The notes under the pieces are model-generated. The model did no database searches. It had not been told where the DNA came from and saw only the letters and a list, made by a program, of their open reading frames with translations. A stretch of 64,000 bases of DNA from the human T2T-CHM13v2.0 reference genome, Homo sapiens, in NCBI RefSeq assembly GCF_009914755.1, contig NC_060925.1; one strand, 5' to 3'. Positions 45,401-60,700 of this stretch are shown here, piece after piece; the stretch's first letter is position 1; each line of letters opens with the position of its first letter. The position numbers and the translations under genes were made by a program.

Positions 45401-48400
45401 TCATCTCTGAACAGCTCACTCCTGCTCCCCTTGGGCTGATATTCATGAGGCTGTTCATATTTTTTTTTTTGCTCTTATCCTTGTTAAGACTGAGTTATTA
45501 GGATTGTTGGTGGTGAGTATTCTCAGACCGTTGCCGATAGGTGCTTGCCCCAGTCAAGCTTGGCTCACCTGGAAAGGGAAGTGGACAGTTCCTTGCCCCC
45601 ATGCACTTAGACTCCCTCCTCTTCACCCCTTTCTCCGAGGATCAGGGGATAGACAGGCCGGGGACCCAACAGGGAGGGGATTTGAGGAGAGAAGAGAAAG
45701 GAAAAGATTTTCATAGAATCTGAGCTCAGAGAGATTCTTGTGGGGAATTTGATAGGGGTTTGCAATGGGTCAAACCGTTCCTCAGTGGGAGCTGAGGGAG
45801 TGAGTGTGAAGAAATAAGCAATAGTATAAAAAACAATAACAGCAGTGACAAACAATAAGAACACCAAAGCCGCATGCATCTGACAGTGCACCAGTTTAAG
45901 CCAAAACTGACCGGATCAGACCAGGGGCTCCGCTTTGTTCTCTAGGATGGAAAGGCCAATGAGGTTACAATTAATATGAAATATAGGGAAAAGTTACAAG
46001 ATTAGAAAAAAGAAGTAGTAGTAGTGGAGGTAGCATTTTTCTCCAGGGGACGGGGCGGGGGGGAAATCCTGGGGGTGTCAAAGTCCAGGTGGAGAATTTG
46101 CAGACTTCCTGGGTGTGAAAGACCATCTGAGGTGGGGGGAGGATTGGCGAGGACGGCGAGTGAGGCAGATTTGTTTCTCTTTGTATTTTTCCTTTATTTA
46201 TTTTTAAGGCAGCAAACTTACAGGTGTGGAGTGGGAAATGACGGGGAAGGATCGGAAAGGAGGGGAGAGCCCGGAGTGTCGGTTTTAGACACTTGTAAAA
46301 GGAGGTGGGAAACAATTTAATTTGGCAGCAGCGATAGCTGCTAATGCGGTTTTCGGTCGTTTGCTACACTGGAGGAAGCTGTTTTGATTGTGTGTACAAG
46401 GACCTGCCAAATTTAATTAGGCTCCGGGGGAGCGAGTGAATAGGGGAAGGGGGGCACGGCTCCCCTCAGCCCACACCATTTTTTCGGCTTCACACCTGGA
46501 AGGGACATTGTTTACGGGATCTTCGAAAACCAGGAAGGGGCGGGGGCGGAGAGGGACAGGAGCCTTGGAAGCGGGGGCGAGGGAGGGGACGAGGATAGTC
46601 CATTTATCACGAAACAATCTGCATTGATTTAAACCAACAAGTTCCCTCCTCTGTAAATGTGTGTTTAGAGAAAGGTAATTGACACTCCACCAAATCAAAG
46701 GATTACCCCGGGTTGGCAATCTAATCAAACAGAGTCCAGGCGGGATTTGAAGCTGTTCAGAGTGGGATCAGCTTCGCATAATGGGGGCTCGGAGGAAGAT
46801 GGGAGGGTGTCAGGCAATTCCCGGCTTTAGGCAGCGCTCGGCGGTGGATATCCAGTGCGACCAGAGGGAGAGAGGGAGGGGGCGCTGGAGGGGCGCGCCG
46901 GGCCGGGGGCTGGGGGGGATGGGGCGAGCGGAGAGGGGCGTGCGGAGCTGGGAACGTCCCGGCGGAGGGGGCTCCCGGCGGAGGGGGCTCCCGGCGAGGG
47001 GCCGAGCCCACACTGGGCTGACAAGGCTCCCCTTTTCTTCCCTCCATCCCCCCAACCGAAGAAGAGAGAGGGGGAGGCGGGAGCAGAGACTAACGAGAAA
47101 CAACAATGAGGAGATAACTATTACAAAGGCAAACACTGGCGCTCGCGCGCTCGCAGCCCCAGAACCCGCGGTAAATAAACAAAGTCTGCAAACTGTTTGC
47201 TAGATAAACTCGTGCCTAAATTGAGTGTGACGAGCAAGGAGAGAAGAGACAGAAGGAGATAAGGTTGGAGGGGGATGAATGAGCATAATCTAATAGAAGA
47301 CATTTAGAAAACAAACTTTAAACAAGGGAGAACAGGCGAGCGGAGGGCAATTATCCGCCCCAGAGAGCGGGGGAAGCCGTCGGAGGTCTGGGAAGGGGTG
47401 GAAGGGAGGGGACTGGGAGCTGCGGAAGAGCTGAGTGTTGGGGGGTGCCTTTGGGACTCCGTGGGGAGCCAAGAGGGGCTCCCCAGGGCGCGCAAGAAAA
47501 GAGGCTCGGTTCCCGGATTGAGTGAGGTTCCCGTGCTCAGCCGGTCTTGGAACGCAGGCACGTCTGAACCGGGTGGGGTCCCCCGCTGCGAGGGCGTGCG
47601 GGTTTTGTGTTCCCCTCGGGGCACGCACCGCCACACTTGGGCTGTTTCAAGGCGTTTGTACCTAAAAGACTAGTGTGCACGGCGCAGCGGTTAAAGGAAT
47701 TAGATATTTACCAGTTTGAAATAAGCCTGGCTAAGAAGAAGAGAGAAGAGAGACATTGAAAAGACGAGGCTGGGGGTAGACTTCAAACGAATTCATCATT
47801 TGGAATGGTGGAGGGGAGATTTACCAGACAGTATTGGGAAGTTATTTAGATATTAATAACACATTTTCCTGAGGCGCGACCACAGCAGCCATCTGCGCTG
47901 CTCTCGGAGCTATTTGGCTGGGTAAAATATGGGCGTCTCAAATGTTGGGAAGAGATAACGCAATCAGGCTAACCCTGGTCCTGAGACTGCATCGCAGCGT
48001 TAAACCCGGATTAACCTCCCCCCCCCAACTCCCGCGGCCCCCTCCCCTTTCACAGCTTTCCAAATTTTCAGTGGAATTTACATGGAAGGATTTAAAAGCA
48101 CATATAACAGTAGCCTTAAAGCAGTAAGGTGATTATTTGGGCTTTTTTTTTTAAGAATGTCTTTCTGAAAATGATAGTTGTCACACATTACATTATATAT
48201 AAATAATATTATATAAAACATATTTTTATATAGGAAAAGAGGGCTGAGCAAATGAGATTTCATTCCAGGTTACCTCTTTGGAGTTTCTATTTGCCATCAT
48301 TCTATCACCATCAACAAAGTTGATGAGGCTTCATTCTGTACTGTGAGGCAAGAGCACCTAAGGATATAAACATGTAATGTACAAGGTCCTGGCCGTGGCC

Positions 48401-51400
48401 CTGGAAGCTCATAGTCTAAGACTAGACAGAACTCACACCCCTGAAAAGACAATGCCTGGTTGAGGGAAGGGTTCCTGCACAGAGGAGAGACCCCCAAAGA
48501 AAGGTTCTCTAGAGGCTCTGGGGCCTTGAAGGCCATGACTAAGGGGGGAGGACACATTCCAGAAATTCCAGAAAAATAGCTCTTCTCTCCCTCCCATTGC
48601 AGACTAAAGGGGTAATTAGCAAACAGGATGAGGGTTAGAGGCGCTGGGAAGATTAGGATGCCCCCCTCAGTTTTTGCTGTCCGGGGCCTTCCCTCTTCTT
48701 TTCCCCTTCCCCCAACTCTGGCTGAAAGAGGAAAAGGTGGAAATGGGGTCAGCGCTTTCTGACCTGCTCTGGAGCGATTGGCCCCGGCTGGGGTGGAGCA
48801 GGGGGAGGGAGGGAGGGAACTCGCCTTCCCAAATCGAATCAAGGCAGAACGGTGACCTAAGGGGGAAACTTCGCCATTAGTAGATAGATGTCTCCAAAAC
48901 TTCAAACGAAGTGGGGTGGGGGAGAGGTGAGGCGGGGAAGGAGTCCAGTGAGAGCGCAGGGGGAACTACCAGCATGGGAAGGGGAGGGGCCTGGAGGAGG
49001 AAGAGACGGGGTCGAGGGCAAAGGGGAGGCGGGGGCCAAAGGAAAGGGTGTGGGGAGGGGATGCGAAGGGAGGGGGTCGGCTGCACTTGGAACTTCAACC
49101 TCCTGGGAGAGGAAAAGCGTCTGCGGGTCGCTACAGCCTCGGGAGGGGTGAAGGGAAGTTGTGTGCGCCCCAAGTCCAGCTCAAAAGAGGCCCCGAGGGC
49201 ATTCTAGGGCGCCTTGGGCACGCGTGCCAGGCCCCCGGTTTGGCAGCCGAGCTGAGCGAGGGTGGATTGCGAGGGGCACTGGGGCCGCCGCGGAGCTCTG
49301 CGTGTCGGCTGCCAGTGAATTGGCCGATTTCCCCAGTCTGAGGGTCAGCGAACGGACCTTTCCATGGCTTGGTCGCCCTGGTCCTGGAGGTGCGCTGGGC
49401 CCGAGCTCCGGTGGAGACCAAGGGAGGGGTGGGGAGAGGCAGCGGAGACAGAGAGCCACAGAGGAGGAGAGAGCTAGAAAATTCAGAGTGAGAAAGTCTG
49501 AGCGCAGCAGAAGAGAATCTTGCGCACAGTTTGAGGACGCTGGAAAATGCGGAGGCGCCGAGGGAGGCGCCGAGCAGCAGGAAGAAAGACAAAGAGATGC
49601 AGAATCACCGAGAGACTGGCCCTGGGACAGGCGGATCAGGAGAGCCAGCGGGACCTAGAGACAGCCCGCGGGAGAGCACGGGCCGAGAGGGCGAGTGCTC
49701 AAAGCCGGGCAGCGGCTAGGGGAAGATAGGAGGCGGGCGAGCCGCGGCCGCCCTTTTGATCCTTCGTGGCTTCGCCTTATCAGAAGCGCTTTCGGTGACA
49801 TCCGCACAAAGGCAGTTCATCATATTACAGCACGTCCCGGCGGCTCGCTGCGATCCTGCCGCTTAATTAGAGGCGAGCGAGCTGGGCCGGCAGGGCGGGA
49901 GGGAGGCCGACCCCGAGGCGGGAGGCCGGGTTCTGCGCTCCAACCCGGGGCGCTGGGCAGGGGCCAGCCCGCGTGCCTGGCGGTGTTGGGACGTGGAGAG
50001 AGGGAGAGGCCGGGAACTGCATTCAGAGCGTTGCTAAATTAACAGGCCGGCCCGGGCTTCACTGCCCGGAGAGTGAAGCTCGCCGCCTTCCAATTTAGCC
50101 GCCGCCCCTTCTAAGTTCTTGGGAAGGGATGGCGCTCCGGCCACTTTCCCCTCTTCCAGGCTGCGAACGCTGCGGACTGGAGGGCGAGTAATGGGGAGGC
50201 AACCCAGGGCGAGCTGAAGGCTTAGTGCAACTCCGGGTCCAGGTCGCACCCACCAGCCCCCCGCGGCTGTGTTCCATCCCCTCCTCCGACCGCCTTGCTC
50301 TCCATCCGAACCCAGGTGTGCCAGGCTGGAGCAATCTGAGAGGGGCAAAGTGCATCGTGGTCGAGGTTCTACTGTCCATCCCACCCGCAACTCACTAGCG
50401 ATATCACTCTAGACAACCCATTCAACTTCTTTGGGCCTCAGTTTCCTTCCATGAAAAAAGAGAATTAGCTAAGACAAATGTTGTTATCCTTTTAGGGGAT
50501 CCTGGATCCCTTTAAGAATAGGCTAAAACCGAAAAAATAATTCTAAAACCTTGCCATTTACATACTTATATACTTTCATACAGGCAGAATTTTTCATCTA
50601 GTATAAAGGGGTCTTTGGGGCTTCTAGAGGCCACACCCCATTCAGAACCTCACATCTGCGTGCTTCCTGATGACTTCAGTATTCTCCAGGGAGCTTCTGA
50701 TTCCAGCATCAGGAAGCTCAAAATGAGGACATGGGGCGGAGGGGCACTGAGATCCTGCCCTTGGTCTGGTCCTTGCTGCTTCCTCCCCTCTCCAAAACAG
50801 AGCGGAGAGCTTCTCCTCCACCCCACTTGGTATTGGAAGGGTCCTTTGGGAAGTGTTTATATGCTGATATAAGCACGTGTACTATGCTCCCCCTTTTACC
50901 TATACCACCCAAAAGAGAAATTTTCCTCTGGAGTGTATGTGTGTGAATGTCTTCATTCATTCTGCAAAAATTTTTGGAGCACCTACTAGGTGCCAGGCGT
51001 TGTGTTAAGTGACCTCAAGAAGGTCCCTGCCCTCATGGAGTTCTGAGCCAGGCGGTGGAGACAGAAAATAAACAAGCCCGCAAATAAACAGATGTGTCTC
51101 GTTATGTGTTTGTTGTGTGTTTACCTGGATAGCTTTGTGGGCTTCCCTCTTCGCAAGACTGTCTTGTGTCTGGGTGTTTGTGAATGGTGTGTGAGTGTGT
51201 GTGCGCGCGCGCGCGTGCGTGCGCACGACAGCAGAGTGTGTTTGCGGGGCTGGGGCTGAATTTGGCAGCCAGCCCCCAAGCTGACCTCTGGAGTGGCCCG
51301 CGTCGGCGGGCTGGGCCTTGCTTCGCCACGGGTTCGAGGGAGAGGCGGAGGGAGGAGCGGCTGGGCTGCGGAGCCTCTTGCCTTCACTGCACTCTTTGTC

Positions 51401-54222
51401 TGACACCACGAAAAGACCGAAGATCAAAGAGGCCCCCGAGCGGGACAGAAAAAGGGGTGGGGCGGCGGGCGCGATAAGTAGCTCGGAAAACTCCACCCTA
51501 AACTTTTCTGGGTCCTTTCCATGGGACCCAGACCCTACAGAACCTCACCCAAGTGGGCGAGTGGGCGGCCGGCCGTGGGTTCTCTACAGTCCCAAGCCTC
51601 CGCGAGGGCGACAGGTGGAGAGGGACAGCTACGGCTGCGGGCTCCAATTCAGGCCGAGGTCTTTCGGTGACTGGAGAAGGTGGAGACAGAGCAACATTCA
51701 GAAGTTTTGTGAGGCGTGTGTGTGTTTGTGCGGTGTGTTCTGAACACTTTTGCAGGGAGATTGTGAGTCTGGATCAAGCCTCCTGGTTTCCTGAAAACTT
51801 GCCTTAAGTCTGCTCTGGCTTTACCTGGGCTGCAGACTTGGGAGTTGGAAGGAGTCAGGAGGAGTCCTAAGGAAGCTTCTGGAACCTCTTGTTCCCAGTG
51901 GAAGCCTGCAGAAGCACCTCCGTCTCCCGCACTTTCTTGTAACCACAGCCCTAACTCAGGAAGCTGGTCTCTAAGCCACCTGGCAAGGCGCTTTCCCCCG
52001 CCTCCCGCGGTCCTCACCCTGCAGCTCTCCTTCCCGCCTGGACTTCTTGAGTTCGAATTCACCCTTCCGAGGGTCTAAAAATATGGTAGAAAAATAAAGT
52101 CCAATGTGGGGGGATATACCCCATCCTCCATTCTCCTCCCTCCCGCTGCCTGCAAATGCCAAAATTCAAAATGCCCACCCGTTCTACCTTTTCCATGGGG
52201 GAAGATTCTGAATGATTGCAGAATCCCAGCATGTCCGGGATTTGTCGGAGGTCCTCGGAGTGAACCCTAAGAAAAGAGGCCTTGGAACTTTCTTTAATAA
52301 ATGGGGCTGAACCTCCCTCTCTCTTCAAATTAGGTTCTGGTTGGGACTTTTTCTCTGGTGGCCTGGTGGCCCATACAGGGGACACAGAGAGGTTTGCCCA
52401 GAGCTGCCTGTTACAGGCAATTACTGCTGTAAATGGCCCCCTTTGCGTCGACCCTCTTCCCCAAAAACCCGGTCTTTTCCGTCTCGGCGGTACCTGAGCC
52501 TCAGTTTCCCTATCTGATTAGTGAGGATAAGAGCCGCTCCTGGCCTCCCCAGGCAGCAGGAAATTAGGGCCGGGAAAGCGGTTTGGAAACTGGTCAGCGG
52601 GTGCAGGCGGGCAGAGGGTGGGAGGCGTCAGGAGTTCGTCCTCCTCCCCGGGGCGCCCCCTCCCCGCCGCCCTCTCGGCACAGTCCCCGCTCGCGCCTCA
52701 ATGGCCACTTTAGAAATACAAACAACTTTAGAAATAAAGTAACCAAACCCCCGAAAGCGGCTTTGAAGAGGCGAATGCCTGGTGGCGCTTTACTATGGTG
52801 TGGGCCGAGGCCCCGGCCTAATCCCGCTTTCATTTCCACCGACGGCCGCGGGGGAAGCGCTCCCGGCCTCCCGGCCCCTCAGGAGGCTGATTAGGCCACA
52901 AAGAGCCCCCATTATCCCGAGAAGAAAACCGGGGGGCGGCGCGGGGCGGCGCGGCGCGGGGGGAGCGGCCCGCCCGCGCCCGGGCTATTGACTTAGTGGA
53001 TGAAGTCAAGAGCGGGCACGCTGGGAGCCCGGGGGTGGGGTGGGGGGGAGGGCTGGGGCCTTGGGCGGGGATCCCGGAGGTGGGGTGGGGGAAGGGCTGG
53101 AGGGGGAGGGGCGACCCGCGCGGGAAGGGGCGGGGGACGGAACAAAACAGAACGCACAAAACCCACAACAAAACCGAGCTCCGGGCGAGGGGAGCCGGGC
53201 CCTGGTGCAGGGCCTCGTCTGCTGAGCTTGGCTGGGTCAGCTGCCCGCGCCGGCCAGCGGAGGGGAGGGGGGCAAAGGACCTGGGCTCCGCCGCCACTGC
53301 CGCCTGGGCTGGGTTGCTTACTTGGGACGGGGTGGTGGAGGAAAGGAGAAAGTTGCAGCCGTTGGACAGTCTGTCGCTAAGTGCTACATGGCTTGGGCAC
53401 GCGGCTCTGTGGCTCAGGCTCTCTAGTCCTCCTCTGTGACCCCAGGGAGCTGGGTACAGAGGTCTCCAAAAGTCATCCCCGCTGTGGTGGCCTGCGAATC
53501 TGTGGTCACAGCTATAGTGGATGCTGTAGAGGAGATGCCTGAATTGGGCGGGGTGGGGGGGGAGAGGAGAAGGAGGCAGGAGATTGAAGGAGAAAGAGGA
53601 GGACCCTGGATTCTGAAAGATCTGGGTAATTTTGAGTGAAGCATTCTGAGATCCTAGATGTCCTCTTCTGCAAAATGGGTCCATGGACACAACCTCAAAG
53701 TAGGCTAGGAAGCGTAAATGCTATAATTACGTAAAGTACAGGGCAAACTGGGAGGCTGGAGAAATATCACTCCCCCATCCTCTCCTGCCTCCTCATTTCC
53801 TCCAAGGCTTCTTTCAGTCACTCCCCTATGACTTGAGAAATAATAGGGGCCTTGGAAGAAACGGGCTGTGAATCCATAAGTGATCACCAAATGTGGGCGC
53901 AGGTGGGGTGGGGGCAGATGCTCAGCCAAGTGCAAATAAATAGTATCCCTCCTGATCTACAGTTCTAGACAGAAGAAATAGACCTGCTCTGTGGGCAGCT
54001 CCTCATTCAGCAGAAGGTCAAGAGAAGAAGGTAGAAACGCACAGAGCCAGTTCCTGGAGCCCAGTAGACACTGTTCTGTGTGTGGAGGGACTTCCCTCCC
54101 CTGATGGCTTCTGTCCCCACAGGCAGAGGCTGGGCAGCCTTGACTGACAGGGTAGGGAGGTGTGGGTGAGTGCTCTGGTTTGAGGAGATGGTGAAAACAT
54201 CCTCCAGGTATAAAGGAGGTAG

Positions 54223-54757
<535 letters not shown>

Positions 54758-57700
54758 TAACCCCCACTGCCGGTCCAGACTCATCAAAGGCTAAGTTAAG
54801 GAGGTAGGACTTATTCCAAGGGCAGCGGGGAGCCATGGAGGATATTTCAGTAGGGGACTGATGGATTCACCGAGCCGAGAATGTACCGGAAGATGTGGAG
54901 ATACCAGCTAGGAGGTCAAGGCTGTGGGAAAGGAGCAGAGAGGTGCAGAGGGGCTGGAGAGCAGAGGATGCAAGGAGACATGGTTAGGAGAGGACTGCCC
55001 CAGCTGGAGGTGGAAGAGGAGGAAAGCAGCCCATTCCCAGACTCCCGCCACTGATGCCCAAGGGTACTGAGCCCGTGACTGGCTGCTAGGTTCATTCAAG
55101 GGAACTTGGAATTCCTCTGCAGGCTGAGATTACAAAGGGTGGAGTCAGACTCAAACAGGCCTTAGAGGTCATCTGGCCATTTTACAGATGGAAAAGCTCA
55201 GGTCCAGAGGGAGTGACATGAGTGAGGCCAATGGAGGGGAAGGCCACTCTGGTCTGCTGACAGTTATGTGCGGGTACAGGAGCAAAACGGACTGGTGGAA
55301 GCTTTGCTCCCAGGAATTAGGAAGGCATGGGATAAGGACAGCCATGGGAATGAGGCCTTTCCCCATGCTGGCAGTTCATCGCCCTTCGTGTTTAATGTGA
55401 CACATGCCTTAAAGTTCTGATTCACAGAGGGGGAGACTGAGGCACAGAGAGTTGATTAGCCCAAGGAAGTAAGGGGAGGAGGGTCCCCTTCTAACAGGCT
55501 CTGCAGGACTCTGACACCTTTGCCCTAAGAAGCCTGAAGGGCAGCAAGAATCTCCTCTTCTTACCCCATCTGGACAATTGCAGCCCCCATCCCCCTCCCC
55601 CGTTCTTCATAAACCCCAGATTCTCAGGTCCAGGGGAGACTGTGGTTCAAGCCATTGCCACACCCACCCCACCCCGCTATCACCCACACTCCCAGCACCC
55701 ATAAGCACCTACTGGGATCTCAAGCCCTGCTAGATGCCACAAACTTGGCCTGCTGAAGGGTTAGTCTGTCCACCATCCGGGGAACTGTCCTTTCAACAGC
55801 AAGGGAAAATAAAGCCCAGAGGGAAAAGAATCACAGATTGTGGTTAGGGTTGGAATTCAGATCCTCATGTAAATGGCCCCATGCAGAGGCCCTAGCCTGA
55901 GCACTAACTGCTGTGTCATTCTGGAAGAGCCGCTTCATGTCTCTGGCCCCTGGTCCTTTTGTCTGAACAATGGCAAGGCAGGATCCACCTAGTGGTTTTC
56001 AAACTGTGTTCCATGGAGTCCTGGGATTCTCAGCCTCAGGGGCCATCCTTTGAGCTGTAATACTCTGGGCGTGTGTTTAGTGGAGGGGAAGCAGTGAAAA
56101 AACAGCCTGTTTCCCCATGGATAGAGGAAACTCCGGGGAGGCAGGGCTTTGTCCTGGGAAGAGCAAGGACCACTTCCCATCCAAGGCTACTCTGGAGGAG
56201 GGTGAGGGGAAGAAGCTCTGTATACTCCTGGAATCAGAGCCCTCAGGCTGTGGTTATTGGTCTTCAGAGATAAGGTGATAACTGCTTATCTGGTGACAAA
56301 TGATTATCCTCCTCTTCTATTCCTCTGATTAGGGAACTTTCTCTCCTGGCTGGGAGGTCTCTTTGGAAAAAGGGCAGGGCTGGTCAAGAGACACTGACAT
56401 CTGCCTCTTCAGTCCCTGCCCGGCTTGCTGTGTGACCAGAAAGCAGTTACACACTCTGTGCTTCATTTTGGGGCCTGGTGGAGCAGCTGGCTTGCAATGC
56501 CATCCTGGGATGGTGCTGGAAGGAGGATTCAATGCAGCCTGTGGGGGATGGAAGGAGCAGGAGGGCAGAGGGCGGAGGACAGAGGGCTGTGCCCCGGAGT
56601 CACCCAGGTGCTTTTGCAAGACATACACACCTGGGTACTTTCTTGATTTGGGACATCTGAGTACAGTGGCTTTGGAGCAATCTGTCCCGATCATTCTGAT
56701 GGCCTCCCCAGCAAGAGCCACTGGTCTCATGCAACACCTTTTTTTATAGATGGAGAAACTGAAGCCCAAAGAAGGGAAGAGAATTGTTACCTGTTGCATA
56801 GCAAACGGAGAGGAGTCAGAAGAGAGACCCAGTCCCCAAAGTATTATGCCAGGCACCATGAAGGGAACATTCTTCCAAAGTTTCTGGGTCCCTCAGCTTT
56901 TGTTACGGTCACCTGTCCCTACTGAGGGTCCCATCTGCCAGGGTACCATGCTGGGAACAATGGGGCTGGCAGGGCAAGACCTCTGCTTTGTCCTACTGTC
57001 CCCAACTCCTGCTTGTGCCATGGATGGTCTCCCAGACACTCACTGTCATCTCAGCTCTGGGCTCTGAGCCCTTATATCCACAGGCAGCTTCAGTGCACGG
57101 AAGGACCCCTGGACTTGGAATCAGTAAGACCCAGGTTCCTCCCCATTGCTGCCCCCACCATGTCCCCTGAGCTGTGGCTTCCCCTCTCTCAGCCTTAGTT
57201 TTCTCATCCAGACAATGGGAGCAAATGAATTAAAACACAGAAAAGCTATGTGGCACATAGGAAGTACATGCTTAAAATGAGATGAAAGACCTGAAAGTGA
57301 TTTGTGTGAAATACATGATCCCTAAAAGTCTATATGCTGAGAATTTCCCAAGTCAAAAGCGCATTGTCTCATCGGTGGCTCTAAAATGTATATGCATATA
57401 TTTTTATAGGTTTTTGAAAGATTTATTGCAAAAGTAATATGTACTTGTAAAATTTCGCATCGTAAAAAAGTATATAAAATAAAAATTAACAATCCTTCTC
57501 TATCCCTAGCAACAGCTTTGTTGAGTTGGGATATAACTGTCTAGATTTATACAGTGATATCTAGATACGTCTCTCTATCTAGATCTACCTATCCATCTAT
57601 CTGTTCAGATGCAGATATATATTTGAAGGAAAGTGGTGTCACATCTGCTTAACTTGGGGGCAATAGAAGCTTCAAGGGGTGACTGTGAATCCGCAGAATT

Positions 57701-60700
57701 AATTTATCAGTGGTGGGTATGAGTCTGGAGAGAGATTCCGAGTGTTCCAGAGCTCAGGGTCCCCCAAAGGTTAAGCATCCTGAGTTGGAAGATTTGCAGG
57801 TGTTTGTCCTCTCAAAGTTCCGTCCCTCCCCAACACCCTCCCTCCAGGCTTCACAGTGCCACCCCTCCCCCTCTCCCCTCCCCGCCCCCCCCCACCCCAC
57901 CGCCTCTTCATGCACCTGCTGAGGCTTCCGGCCTCTGCTGCTTCAAAGAGGCAGGCTGGGCTTTACCTGCCTGCCTTGGAGAAAAGCAGCCTGGTTTGAA
58001 AGGGGAAGTGGCATTTCAGGCACTTAATTAGACCCGGGACAAGAATGGAAGTTGGCTCTCAGGTCAGGCCAGGGGGGATTGTTGGGGGATTAACACTCAG
58101 GTAAACCCATCAAGGCTCACCGGCCCCCTGGCAGGAGGCAGCAAGAGAATCCCGGGCAGCAGCGGAAAGGCTGGGCCGGCTGGGCCCACAGCCTGGGAAT
58201 CACATTCCAGAGTGGGGTAGTGGGGGTGTGCAGAGCCGGTAGAGGGTGGGAGGGGAAGGGTGGGCCACTGGCTGCCTCCACCCTTAACCTCAACTGGCCC
58301 CCTTCTCTTCCCCGCCCCCCCATTGCCCCAGGAAGGTAGAGTTAGAACTACCATTTTATTCCTGCAGCAAAATGTATTGAGAACCCACTATGTGCCAGGC
58401 GCTATTCCTAGGAGCACAGCCAGCAATAGCGCAAGGTCCCGGCTGCACAGAGCTCACACACTGGGGGAAGAGCAGGTTCACCAATACGGAAAGGCTTTCA
58501 GAAGGTAGATAAGGGCTTGACAAATATAAAGCAGAATTGTGATAGAAAGGGACTGACAGAGGAGTGATGTTTATTAATAGTTGGGCTATCAGGGAGGCCT
58601 GCCACCAGAAGAGGTGATATTTGACCTGAAACCTGGATGGAAGGAAAGAGGTAACCATTTATGGAAAACATCTACTACTTAGGACAATGGCCAGTTGAGA
58701 GCTGACTGCATATGTGTTAAGTGCTTTACATTAATGAATTCATCAGATCCTCCCAAGAATACCTCAAAGGAGAGATTATTAATTAAGAAGCCCATTAGTA
58801 GATACAGAAATTGAGGCATACAGAGAGGTGCCTCAGCTCTTTGGGTCCAGATGGGCAGGGCCATCTCACCGGACACCTGTGCCCTCCCCTTGCCCACCTC
58901 TTGCTATGTGCCAGAAACTGAGCCAGGTGCTCTATACACCTCCCTTAACTCCCCAGCCATGCCCCGTGGGTATCTGTTTTCCCAGTTTTGTAGATGAAAG
59001 CACAGCTCAGAGAGGTTTACTCAGTTGCCTGGAGTCACACAGTCAACAAGTGGAGAGCCAGTCATTGAATCTGGTACCACAAACTCTTCCTGCTGCAACA
59101 GCTGTGCTTTTGCAGGCACTGACTTTGGAATACCCTCAGCTGATTCACAGGGTCCTTTGTCCTGGGGAATGGCCTTCCCTGTCTCCTTCAGGGAAAGGGT
59201 TTCATCCTTCAGGGAAGATTCATTGAATCAGGATTTGCTGGGTTTTTTTCATTTTTTTTTTTCATTTCTTTTTTTTTTACACGAATGGGCTTCCTGGCCC
59301 GCATTTTGATTTGCGCTTGGGTTTATGAATTGAGGAATCACAGTCAGCCTTGGGAATTAGTTGCAAGATAAATATTGCAATCCTGGTTAAGGACTTAAGA
59401 ATTGTCACTTGTGTGTGTATATTGTTGTTGTTGTTGCAACGGTGCTGTGTACGCACGGTTACAGTGGATCAAATTTGGGGAGTTAGGAAGTGGCGTTGGT
59501 TTGTGGTTAGACTTGGGGGAGGTGTCGCTTTCGGTTGTTGGTGTGCTGGTGGCTGTGTTCCTGTGATATGGAATGTACTGTCTGAGAATGTGTTCAGGGG
59601 TCTGTGGTTATGTGGATATGGGTGTGTAGCTGCTGATGACATGGATGGAGGGATGTATCTGGGTGTGTTTCTGCAGAACAAGTGATACCTGTACCATGTG
59701 ACTTTGTCAGTTCCACCATGTCCAGGCACAGGTCGGGGGGGTTGTCCATGGTTCTGAACGTATCTGCCCCCATTTTACAGATAGGAAACCAAGACTTAGA
59801 GAGGCCAAGTCATCTGCTTGAAGTCATCTAGCTGAGAAGCGGCTGAGCCTGAAGGGAAACCAGGGCTGCCTTCAGAGTCCAGCCTCTTTTCCCTGCTCCC
59901 CAGGAAAGGTTTTAGTAACAATAAAAGGTTTAAATGCCAGCAAAAGGTCTAAACGCCAGCGTCGGTCATGGGGCCTGGCAGACGTGTGTGCGGTCACATG
60001 CATGTCCCCATTCTCGTTCTGGTGTCTCAGCTCCTGCCCATTCTATGGGCCCCCAGCCCAGCCCTGTCGCAGGAGAGCCTTTCTTTCTCGGGACTGCAAA
60101 TACGCCAAAGATGAACGCCGCCCGCAGCTGGCTGGCTGCAGCCCTGAACAATGGCAAGACCTAGGAAGTGAAGAAATTGCCCGAGGAGCACAGCAGCCCA
60201 GTCCAGAGAGGCAGTTCACAGAGTCTGCCTGCTGGCTCTGGCTCGAATGCAGTGAGCCCTCCCCCCACCCGCCAGCTCCACACTCCTGGCTGAAAGGATA
60301 AACAGTCTGCAAAGAAATTTTCCCTAGAAAGAACACTTCGCTCAAGTGCAAGTCCACCACCTTAGACCAGTGATTAGGGGAGAGTTAAAGAAGGGGAGGG
60401 GTGTCCCCTCTCAGGGGGAAATATGCAATAAATAATCACAGGTGGGAGAGCGTGAAGTGGAGGGGCTGGAATCCCAGCTGCATGCTGAACCCAGCTCCAA
60501 CACCGTTCTCCAGAATGGATGACAAAATGCAACACAGTAAAACAAATCTGGTGCTCATGTGCAATGCCTTCCTCCTTCCTAAATCTCCACTCACCCACTT
60601 CTTCCCAGCGAGTGGCAAGGTGGCAGGTGCCATCTGAGAACTATCTAGGGTAGCAGAGGAAAAAAACCACAACAGCGGGTGGGCTGCAAGGTAGCTTGTA

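Larger units (their letters stand above)
38700..53420. promoter_or_regulatory. Series of intragenic CpG islands (~38700-39400, 42400-43250, 43750-44050, 46750-47700, 48850-50300, 51200-51700, 52500-53420)
   Basis: Visibly CpG-dense, GC-rich blocks with no Alus; typical of developmental transcription-factor loci; boundaries estimated by eye. Confidence 0.75.

Noticed and set aside
52830-53690. 286-aa Pro-rich antisense ORF in intron 4
   Set aside because: CpG-island composition depletes stop codons; no domain similarity; would need RNA or ribosome-profiling support
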